The position numbers and the translations under genes were made by a program. A stretch of 64,000 nt of DNA from Prorocentrum cordatum (taxonomy: Eukaryota), in NCBI GenBank assembly GCA_963575745.1, contig CAUYUJ010000114.1, forward strand, positions 1,054,001-1,118,000, in the 5' to 3' direction. Numbering within the stretch: position 1 is the first letter of the stretch; each line of letters opens with the position of its first letter. Under the pieces are notes generated by a model that ran no database searches, was not told where the DNA came from, and saw only the letters and a program-made list of their open reading frames with translations. Shown here piece after piece: positions 49,270 to 59,627 of the stretch.

Positions 49270-51414
49270 GACTCCAGTGGTCAGAGGAGGAACAGGCACC
49301 CGTCGTTCATGTCTACTTCTTCGAGGTCTTGACTTTTTTGGGGGCCGAGATCCTTTCACTTCCAAGTGTTCTATCCTGGGCCTTTTCCTGGCCACGAGGG
49401 GGCCAGGAACAATTAGAAACGAGCACAAGTAGAAGTGATCACGATTAGAAAGGAACGAGGTGCACCACCCGCACCTCTGCCCCCCTCTTGCCGCTTTCCC
49501 TTTCTTGGGGGGGCCTCCTGGGAGGCCCGCGCCGTCACCGCCACCTCTTGGTGTTTCCCCAGGGGGGGGGTCGTATGCCAAGAGGCACCCGGATTGCCTC
49601 CAGGGTGCTCCGGGTTTTTGGGGGGTTTTGTTGGTCCTGCTATGGAACGCGTGACGCGCCCACGCGAAAAATCTCAGCGGACTTCCTGGGGTCCCAGGGT
49701 TGGGCTTCTTGTGAAAAGGTTTCTTGTGGTCCAGCCCCCACTGTAGGGCCCCCCACGGTCTGGAACTTTTGGCGCGTGTCGCTCCGTTGGCGGGTGTTGG
49801 CCCACCACACTGCGGCGCGACACGCTATCCACGTCAAGGTTAGCAGGACATGGCTAACCAGTACGTGGGTCATGCACCAGTGTCCTAGTTTGTCGCTGTC
49901 CCCTTTTAGGGGGCCCTGACAGGAGCTCAACAAGGCAGGCCTGTTCTTCTCGGTCTTCAGGGGCACCAGCAAAGGGGGCTTAGGATCTTGGCGTCTCAAT
50001 TCTTTTACAGTCAGGCATTTTGACTTGTTAGGGGCCCCAGGACCAACACAGGCCGATCTGGCTCGCAAAATGCCGCAGAATGATGGGGTCCGGGGCTCCA
50101 GCCGTGATTTCTCATGACGTGGCAATTTTTGTCGCGATGAGGTTCCCCTAACGAGGGCCTGCGGTCGATCTGTCGGCGGTGCACCGCCGATTCCAGGTCA
50201 GCGTCGTCCCCTCCTGAGCCAGTCGGGTCGGACGAAAGGGGGGGGGACAGGGAAAGTCTAGGCCTCCCAAATGGAGTACGAGTAAATGGGGTCGGAGAAT
50301 CGCGCCGCATCGCCGATGCATCGCCGATGCGGCTCGATGTAGAGCCCGATTTTCTCCACGCCGACGTTGCAGATGCGTCGCCGATGCTGGCGATGATGCA
50401 TGATCGATGCATCGGCGATGCATGTTCGATGCGTCGCGATCCTCCGAGACCATCTACTCGCACTCCATTGGGGAGGCCTCTAGGTAAAGGGTACGACATC
50501 TGCTGCATGCAGCTGGTTTCGGCCCCGCCGCCAGGCGCTTTCCTCGATACCGTGGCGCATCTGGCGCCGGGAAGATCAGCCACGTGAGTTGATTCGCCAA
50601 GCCACCCTTACTACGTAATTAACCCCCCATCAATCCGGTTTCTAGAAGAACTAAGAATGAAAAAAAAAAAATCTTTCGGCGGCCCGCATGGATCTGATTT
50701 CTTGGATCTTCGCTGGACGGACCCCCTTCCGTGGAGGCGCGCGGAGCGCGCCAGGGGCGGCGCTGGAGGCGCCGCCAGCGGAGTCCAGCGCCGATCTCAG
50801 AATTTTTCCCCGCGGACCTCTTCGTTGTCCTCCGCCGTTCGCTCCGCCACCAGGTCTTCTTCGTCTTCTTCTTCGTGGCGGGCTTGGCCCGCATGCTCAC
50901 GGTCGGCAAGCTCTGATCGGCACGCACGATGTGGGTATTCCAGATTTCGTAATAAAGGGAGGGGGGTCTCATTTCGGGGGGGGTCTCTTCCAGGCTATCT
51001 TGGAGGGCCTGGGGGGTCTGGGGACGATGTTTTGGAGGGTTCTCCCACGGGGGAGGTCTGAAATGGCTTGTCTTGGAGGGTCCCTCCCTTTTATTGCGAA
51101 ATCTGGAGTACGGGAAGGACGGGTACGAAGACCGACAGCGGGTCTTCTTGTGGTCGGGACGCGCTGTCGGTGTCGCCGCGGACGCTGCCCGGTCGAGGCA
51201 GACGGCCGCCCGCCCAGCAGAGGGCGCTGCTGGTGCTGGACGGCCCGTGCTGTCGGGCACCGCACCCGATCTGTCCGCACCTGTCTGGCGGGCGTTGTGT
51301 TGCTCCCCTCCTACTTTTAAGGACCACCTCCCAGAAATACTGTCTGTCCGCACCTGTCCGCACCTGTCTGTCGGGCACCGCACCCGTTCTTTCCGCACCT
51401 GTCTGGCGGGCGTT

Positions 51415-51620
51415 GTGTTGCTCCCCTCCTGCTTGAGGACCGCATCCCAGAAATAGTTTCGAGCACCCGGAAAAAAAGTGCCAAAAGGGTGTCGAAACGG
51501 TGTCGAAACAGTGTCGGGCGAGCGTCTCCCAGGGCCCGACAGGTGAACACCCTTGAGTTTTTGGGTACCTACTTGGGCGCTCGAGATTCCTTCTGGTGAT
51601 CCAGGCCAAAGTTATAGAGG
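51415..51620 (-). mobile_element. Family A element copy
   Basis: Reverse complement is colinear with the CPSII intron: GATCACCAGAA, CGAGCGCC, TGTCGGGCCCTGGGAGACGCT, TTTCCGGGTGCTCGA, TATTTCTGGGATG, GGGAGCA. Confidence 0.85.
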
Positions 51621-53294
51621 ATGACGATTAATAAATGACCGGGAGTCGTGTTCACGCGGCGGCGCCCGGGATGACGATTAGACAGAACTGCCCGCGGGCT
51701 GGAAAACTGTTTTCTTTCATCGTTCTCCGCCAGTGAGAAGATTGTGCAGAAATGGCAGAAAACTCTTTTTTTAATCTCGTTCCCCCCTCGTTTTTTTATT
51801 CATCGTCATCTCGCATTCGGTGGGAGCATCATAGAAGTCGGGCGCGTCCAAGCCCGAGGCGGGCGCCGCGCGCGGGGGCGGCTCGCCACCCGCAGCCCCT
51901 CTCTCCTCCCCAGGGGCGCCCAGGGCGCCGGTCTGCGCGGCTGCCCCCCGCCGGGCGGCGGTCGGCTCGGAGCGGCGCGGCTCGGTCGGCTGCTGCGCCG
52001 CTGCTGCGCCGCCTCTCGCAGGAGGAGGAGGAGGAGGAGGAGGAGGAGGAGGAGGAGGAGGAGGAGGAGGAGGAGGAGGAGGAGGAGAGGAGGGAGGAGG
52101 AGGGAGGAGGAGGAGGAGGAGGAGGAGGAGGAGGAGGAGGAGGAGGAGGAGGAGGAAGAGGAGGAGGAGGAGGAGGAGGAGGAAATGGCGAGGCGTCCTG
52201 GCTCGCCGATAGCCCCACGAAACAATGTTCTAAGAACCTCGTGTGGCTCCCACGAAATCTTCTTAGAACATGTCTGGTTGAGATCTGTCTTGTTTCAACC
52301 CCTCGGGCTTACGTATGTTCTAAGAACATTGTCTTTGTTCTTAGATCATGTCTGGGTTCTGGGAACTTTTGGGGTTCGAAGAACATGTCGTGGTAGGACC
52401 ATAGGAATGCCGGGACGGTCGGTCCCTGCTCCTTTCTCCGAGGCTGGGGCGTGTCCAGAATCCACCGACCGGGAGACCGGTGTCCCTGAGCTCCGGCAGG
52501 CTCGGGGCCTAAGCGACGGGGGTCCATGCCAACGGGGGTCAGCCAGGGCACTTGCAGATCCTGCAGGATCCTGAGAAGACCCCCTCTGGCTGACCCGGGT
52601 CAGCGAGCCGCTCGTGGCCGCGAGGCGGCCGCGCACATTGGCTGACCCGGGTTTGCGAAGACCTGCATTTCAGTTTTTTTGTCCTGCATTGCAGTTTTTT
52701 GGTTTCCTGCTGACCCGGGTCTGGATTGACCCGGGTCAAAAGATCCCCGACAAGCGGTGGCAGGGGGCCTCAATAATACACTCGGGGCGCTGAAGAAGGA
52801 CCCCTTTTCGTGCGCGAGGGGCTCAGTGGTTCTTGCTTGTGTCACAGCTTGCCTGAGATTTTCCTCAGCTCTTCGATGGGACCTCGAAGTTGACCTTCTG
52901 GAACAGAGGGGCCTCGTTCCTCATTCAGGGTCCTTTAGGGCAACGCCTCGACAGTCCATCCACTTCCACCGCCTTGTTGGGGTCCCAGGGCACCGCTTCC
53001 CCAGGCGCCCGTGGAGAAGTCCCCGCCTCGCAGCTGCGCCCGTTCTGGCCTGCCTGCGGCCGGGCGGTTTCGGTCGGCTTCGGTTTCGCTGCCGGCCCCG
53101 TCGGGCTTTTCTCACCGAGCGCGCTCCACTACTCGCAAAGTGCCTACTCGCAAACGTCCGAAAAACAGATGTCGGCTTTGACGTAATTTGTCCTGGATCC
53201 CCCGCGGCGTATCCATGGCCATTTGCGAGTGGTCACTTTGCGAGTAGTGGAACGCGCTCGTCTATTTTCGGTTCCTGGTTGCCGTCGTCGTCGT

Positions 53295-53335
<41 letters not shown>

Positions 53336-53418
53336 TCGTCGTTGTCGTCGTGGTCGTCGGCGTCGGCGTCGGCATCGTCGTCGGCGTCGGCGTCGGCGTC
53401 GGCGTCATGGTGGTCGTG

Positions 53419-53465
<47 letters not shown>

Positions 53466-55954
53466 GGTGGTCGTGGTCGTGGTCGTCGTCGTCGTCGGTT
53501 CCTGGTTGCCGCCGTGGACGCCCCTGCGCTGCCCTCGTGCTCGTCCTCGCGTCGGCCCGGCTGGGTTTTTGTAGGCTGGCCGCCCGGCCGGCGCCGGCAG
53601 CGGTCAGCCAGCCTTGCGCGCGGTCAGCGCGAGCTCGCGCCCGACTGCCCTGGGAGGACAAGCAGCTGCAAAAAGATGATCTCTCGGATGTCCGCGCGGA
53701 GTTCTTGGATCGGCGTCGGGTCCCCATGGCGGCGCCGCTGGCGCCGCCCCTGGCGCGGCCCGCGCGCCAGGGAGGGGTGTCCAGTGCCTGTCCAAGAAAT
53801 CCGCGCGGCCCTCCGAGAAATTATGTTTAGCCATTTTGCTGCTCCTCTAGATTCCAAGACAAAGCGAAGGCGGCCCGCGAAAAAGCGCGCCCGACCGAGT
53901 CGTGGAGCACGGTGCGGCCACTCTTGAGGAAGGCAGGGTGCCGGCGTGGAAGAGGGGGGAGGACGGCCGTGCTTTTCGTTGGGTCTTCGAACAGCTTCCT
54001 GCTCAGAGGAAGAGGCGCGTTGGGCCCATAGGAATGTCGGGCCGGACGAAAGGGGGGGATTGGGAAAGGGGGGGTTACGACATTTGCTGCACGCAGCCGG
54101 TTCCGGCCTCACCGAGGGGCCCATGCCTCGATACATAGACGCCTCCGGCGCCGGGAGGCGCCGGGATAATCAGCTGCGTGAGCCGATTCTCACCCCCGCC
54201 CTTTGCTATCCCCCCCTTTCTCAGCAGGGAAAGAAACACACAGACACAATTAATCCTCGAGTCCCAGGAAAATATGGGAAAATATGGGAATTGGGCGGGA
54301 AGACAAAAACCCAGAAAATATAGGAAAATATGGGGAATCATTTCATTTGTGTGTACTCATTTGTGTGTCCCAGGGCCCCTTCACTTTCGCCCGACCCGAG
54401 AATGCCCGGGCGATCGGCCCCTGCCCAGCCGGGCCGCGCCGTCGCTCGCCCGTCGGCCCCGCGCCCCGCGCGCGCGCCCCGCGCGCGGCTCCCAGGCCGC
54501 GGCGGCGCGCGCACAGCCCGCGGCGCGGCTCGTCCAGGGCCAGGCGGGGCCGCGCGCGCCGGGGGCGATGCTCCTTGGGGCCCGGCCACGGGAGCCAGGG
54601 GCCACGACGGGAGGAGGAGGAGGGGGAGGAGGAGGAGGAGGAGGAGGAGGAGGAGGAGGAGGAGGAGGAGGAGGAGGAGGGGGAGCAGGAGGAGGAGGAG
54701 GAGAGGAGGAGGAGGGAGGAGAGGAGGAGGAGGAGGAGGAGGAGGAGGTGGAGGAGGAGGAGGAGGAGGAGGAGGAGCAGGAGGAGGAGGAGGAGGAGGA
54801 GGAGGAGGGGGGTGCATCGACCCCCAATAGCCCACTTTCGTGTAGTCCAAAACCCGGGTAGTGGGGCACCAGAAGGCCGCCCGAAGGCCTCTCGAGGGAG
54901 CTCTGGAAGTTCCTGGAAGGAGCTTCCGAAGGAAATTCTGACAAGCTTCTGGGCACTCGTATTGGGAAACGCTTAGAGCAGGTCTCTCGGGACCCGTTGC
55001 AAGGTCAGGCATGGCGCGCCGAGGTGTTTCACGGAAGCCAGATCGACCCCCAATCGCCCATTGATCGCCGTTGCGAGGCCCGATAGCCCCACCCCCGGTC
55101 CAGGAATATGCAGGTTCGCTATCGGAGGCCTATCGCCGATCTGTCGACGAGGAATCGCCGATTACAGGTCGATGTTTCCCCCCTGTTCTGGACCCCATCT
55201 ATCGATGCCCCTTTTTTGCGGGACGCAGACTAACAGGTTCGATTGTGCCGACATTCGCGCGTAAGCTGCCCGCGTCAGGTCGCGCGTAAGCGCCCTCGTT
55301 CTCAGCTTGGTGTGCCGCGCTAGCGAACTACGCAAGCTGAGGCGTGAGGTCGCTATGTCATCTCGCGCCAGACCCGTTTCTGATCGTCGCTCTCTTCCTC
55401 TCGTTGTGAACAATCACGGCCGCTGGGCCAGGCGGGGCCGCGCCGCGCACGTCGGGGCCGATCAGCTGGATCTTGGTTCGACCTGGGGGCCCGTTGGAAG
55501 CGATCTCGGGGCATCGGTCTGCCAGGCTTGGCCGAGATTTTTGGGGGCACCGGTCAGGCGTGGCGGGCCCTTCTCGGGTCGGAGGTGGATAGACCTCCTA
55601 CCCTGACACGTCGAGTAGTGAACCGTCCGTTTCCGGTTCTCGAGAGAGCGCCGCGGCCGTCATATTCCAGGCTTGCGCCCGCCAGGTTTGGGCCCGAGGC
55701 CGTTTTCACGAAACCAGGTTTTACTAAAGGGAGGTCTGCCAGGCGTGGCCGAGATTTTTGGGGGGGCACCCGTCAGGCGTGGCGGGCCCTCCTCGGGGCC
55801 CGCCTGGGCGATCGCGGGGCCACCGTGGGCGGGGGCCAGCCTCGGGCCGCTGGGGGCCGCGTGGCGAGGCCGCGCGCGCCCAGGGCCGCCTCCGAGCAGA
55901 GAGAGACGCCCTCCACGTGGCCCAACGATTCGAGACGGCGGCAGAGATCCCCTT

Positions 55955-56147
55955 TCGGGAGCGGAAAAGAGGGGGGGGATGACTAGGGGGGGGTGGATTT
56001 CATGGCGCGGGCCATGATTTTTCCTTTGATTTCATGCCCTTCTGCTTATTTTATTACGTCCCAGGCCCCCCCGCTGGGCCGCGCACATGCCGCCGGTCAT
56101 GATTTGCACCCCCCCCTCTTGGACACCCCCCTCTTGGCCGCTCCCGA
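55955..56147. mobile_element. Family B MITE (193 bp, 22-bp TIR, TSD CCCTT)
   Basis: TCGGGAGCGGAAAAGAGGGGGG ... CCCCCCTCTTGGCCGCTCCCGA. CCCTT at 55950-55954 and 56148-56152. Confidence 0.88.
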
Positions 56148-57491
56148 CCCTTATAAGTGCAAGCACGGCGCGGTGGGCGGCAACGGGGCGGCCACGGGTG
56201 GCACCGCGGCGAAACCTCGGCGGGCACCGCGAGCGGCGACCGTTGCTCAGGGGCGGCCTCTCTTGTGCCGTTTTTTGTGGGCCAGGGCGGGGGGAGGTGC
56301 GGCGGAGTTATTCCCGCCTGCTGGCGCCCTCCCCCTGCCGTAGGGTGCCTCGCTAAACGTGGCGTACAGAGCGTGGAGTTCAAAACAAATCAAGACGGTC
56401 ACGTTACCGCCCGTGGCCGTCTTGGGTCCCGAGATAGGCGGGCGGCCGCGCGGCGAGACCTCGGCAGACCTCCCAAGTGGGCTGCAGCGAGGCGGCCACG
56501 CGGGGGCCACGAGGCCGCCACGGCGACGGGCGGCCACGCGGCGAGACTTCGGCGAACCCGTCCAATCCCGCAGTGGCAGAAGCAAGACCCCCTAGGTGCA
56601 AGCACTCTCTTTCTTCTTTCGCCCGGGTGAATGCCATGACAAACCCGATGAGCAGCAGACAAATGGCCGGGGATTCATTAGGTTGCTCAATGACTGGAGC
56701 TACGAAAATTCAAAACCGGCCTGCGCCGGCTCAGCGAGAAGAGAGGAGGCGTAGTCGATCCAAAACTCGCGACATGGCGGTGGACAGCGCGATCACTTCG
56801 CGATCACTTCGCACTGAAACGGTGAAGCGGTGCAAGCACTCTCTGGGGACATAAATAAAACAAAACACTCCTCACCGCTGCCACCCACGGACCGCGACGC
56901 CCCCCTCCCTCGAGACACACTGGGAGCCCCACCACCTCCTATTGTGGCGCAGGGGTCGACCTAAACGGCGCTTGGGCGATGTCGTGGGCTGTTCTCGTTT
57001 CGATTTCGTGTTGCGGCAAAGGCGGATTGGAGGCAAGACGACGGAAAACGAAAACAAGTTGAAAACGAAATCCTACTGTTTAGGTCGACCCCTGCCGTGG
57101 CGGCCCCTCTCCGCCGCGCGCGCCGGGGCCCACGCCGGGCGCTCCAGCAGAGCGGGGCCTGGCCTTCGGCGGCACCTCCTCCCCCATTCGGCGGGAGGCG
57201 TGCGGAGGCCAAGCGGGGGGGGGCAGGGGGGCGGGCCCGCCAGCGAGAGGCCGGCGGGAGGCGGCGGGAGTCAACGCGAGACTCAGGATGCTCCGACCTG
57301 CTCCAGCCTTGATTCGACTAGACGTAGGAGTGACCTTTCGCCGGAGTGACCTTTGTTGCGGGCACAGATGGGCCCTCAGATGGCTGAAAACGAAGCGGTA
57401 GTAGCGCCTCGCGCGCCTGTGTTTGGTCCCCCCGCGGCCTCCCAAAGGCCGCGCACCAGAGGTCATTCTTACCCAGGGTCACTCCTGCGTG

Positions 57492-57668
57492 TAGCCGATT
57501 GATCACAAGAAAACATGTCGAGCACCAGGGAAATACCAACATTGGAGGGTGTTTTCGTGTCGGGCCCTCCGCCAGCGTGTCGGGCAGACGCTGTTTCGGC
57601 ACTGATTTCTCCGGGTGCTCGAAATGATGCCTGGGATGTGGTTCTCAAGTATGCGGGGAACAACATAG
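57492..57668 (+). mobile_element. Family A element copy (diverged)
   Basis: TTGATCACAAGAAA...GAAATACC...GTGTCGGGCCCT...AGACGCTGTTTCG...CCGGGTGCTCGA...CTGGGATGTGGT. Confidence 0.75.
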
Positions 57669-58991
57669 CGCGAGACGTATTTGATTTTGATTCGGATGGT
57701 TTCGGTGTCGGCCACGTGGGGGGCGCTCGAGAGAGGGCATCGTTTTTGAGGGTCGAAGGAGTTGCCATCTCTGCCTCGGCGACGGTCGGCGCAAGTCGAG
57801 CGGGGGCGCCTCTGCCGACGGAAGGCCAGCGGCAGTAAAAGATCGCACCCCCAAAGTGGTTATAATGTTGGGGGGCTGCAGGGCTCCCGGAGCCACCCAC
57901 GTGGCGGGGGTGAGCGCAAGCGGGGGCCAGCCAATCCTTTGTGGCCGGCCCAGGCTTGGGAGAGGCTCGGGTCAAGCAGTGGCGAAGCGTCCTGGCGTGC
58001 CTATGGGACTGCCTTGCTTGAACACATCGGGCTTATGCCCTAAGGCTCTAAGAACAGATTGTTGGTTCTTAGAGCGCTTTCGGGTGCCAAGAACATGTCG
58101 TGGTAGGCCTAGACGAATGCTGGGGCGGTGGGTCCCTGCTCAATTCAGGAGGAAAAGAAACACACAGACACAATGAATCGTCGATTCCCCAGAAAATACG
58201 GGAAACTATGGGAAGTGGGGGGGAAGACAGAAACCCACAGAATACAGGAAGAGATGGGGAATAGTTTTATCTGTGTGTATATCTATTTGTGTGTCCCAGG
58301 GCCCCTTCCTCAATCGGGGCCGACGCCCCGCGCCCTCCCTCCGCCCAGCTGGCCCTGGAAGCCCCTCCGCGGCTGCCCCCGGGGACCGCCCCGTGGCCCC
58401 CGGCGGGCCCGGGGCAGCGCTGGCCCGGCCTCTCCGCCACGCCGCCACGCTGCGGGGCGGCGCCGAAGGCTGCGCCGCCTCGTCGGCGGGGCGGCGCCCC
58501 GCCCTCGGCAGAGGGCGAGGGGGCGAAGCAGGAGGCCGAGGAGAAGATCCTGCTCCTCCTCCTGCTCCTCCTCCTCCTCATCATCATCCTTCTCCTCCTC
58601 TTGTTTTCATTACTATTACGATTCTCCTCCTCCTCCTCCTCCTCCTCCTCCTCCTCCTCCTCCTCCTCCTCCTCCTCCTCCTCTTGTTAGTATTACTGTT
58701 CTTCTCCATGTTGGCCAGCTGCTGAAGCCTGAGGCCCTCGCACCCGAACTCGAAGCAGAAAGAACGCCATTAACATAAACTTGTGGCACCTCGCGCCAAA
58801 AGTTTCTGCTTATGCCGTTTTCTTTTTCCACACACGGCCCCCACAGCCCTGAGACCCAGTTGTTGCATCTTTGTGTTCACTCCGGGCGCTTCCGCCCCGT
58901 TTCGGGGACCCCGCACCAGGAGTGCCGCGAGGGGACGAGGTCGAGGGTCCCAGCCTGCCGCCCGCGCAGCGAGAAGCTCGGGGCGAGGATT

Positions 58992-59029
58992 TCCGCAGCC
59001 CTTTTGGCTCAAGCCGTTTGGCTCTAAAG
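58992..59029 (+). other. Tandem dinoflagellate spliced-leader relics upstream of CPSII
   Basis: TCCGCAGCCCTTTTGGCTCAAG (20/22 to dinoSL) at 58992-59013, then CCGTTTGGCTCTAAAG resembling the truncated relic CCATTTTGGCTCAAG, ending about 40 nt before the ATG. Confidence 0.85.
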
Positions 59030-59070
59030 ACCCTCTGCTGCGCAGACCCCACCCGGCCGAGCTCGGCGCC

Positions 59071-59406
59071 ATGGCCGCGACGAGCAGTGCCGCCGCCGCG
59101 GCGCGGCCGGCCGACCCCGCCCGACTCGCCGGGTGGCTGGCGTCCCGGCGGGCGGCCACGCTCGAGCTGGCCGACGGCAGCGTCTTCGAGGGCTTCTCCT
59201 TCGGGTATGGGGGATCCACGACTGGCGAGGTCGTCTTCAACACGGGCATGGTAGGGTACCCCGAGTCGCTCACGGACCCGTCGTACGCCGGGCAGATCCT
59301 CGTGCTCACGTTCCCGCTGGTGGGGAACTACGGCGTGCCCGACGGCGAGGAGCGCGACGCGCTCGGCCTCCTTCGGCACTTCGAGAGCGAGAGGATACAC
59401 ATCAAG
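59071..59406 (+). CDS. CPSII: Carbamoyl-phosphate synthetase II (GATase-CPS fusion), exon 1
   Basis: ATG at 59071 (context GCCATGG). Translates MAATSS...[17 protein letters not shown]...[39 protein letters not shown]...FESERIHIK, the CPS small-chain N-terminal domain. 336 nt, phase 0, ends AAG|GC. Confidence 0.93.
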
Positions 59407-59627
59407 GCTTATGATGCTCCAGCCTACTTTAGCCTTGATCACCAGAAAGAGTTCCGAGCGCCAGAGAAATACCTTCAAACTTGGGGGTTTTCACGTGTCG
59501 GGCCCTGGGAGACGCTGTTTCGACACTCTTTCGACACTCTTTCGACACTCTTTCGACACTTTTCCGGGTGCTCGAGATTATTTCTGGGATGTGGTCTTTG
59601 AGTACGATGGGAGCATCATGAATCAAG
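59407..59627 (+). other. 221-nt GC-AG intron of CPSII
   Basis: Removing GCTTATG...AATCAAG joins CAC ATC AAG to GCC CTC GTG and restores a continuous CPS frame (IHIK-ALVV). GC donor and AG|G acceptor are typical of dinoflagellates. Confidence 0.88.
59409..59621 (+). mobile_element. 213-bp non-autonomous TIR element (family A, Introner-like) forming the CPSII intron
   Basis: 8-bp direct repeat ATCAAGGC at 59401-59408 and 59622-59629. Ends TTATGATGCTCC and GGAGCATCATGA form a 12-bp inverted repeat with 1 mismatch. Homologous copies elsewhere in the window. Confidence 0.88.

Noticed and set aside
53828..53838. TAGCCATTTTG partial SL match
   Set aside because: Only 11 nt, lacks GCTCAAG and no ORF follows.
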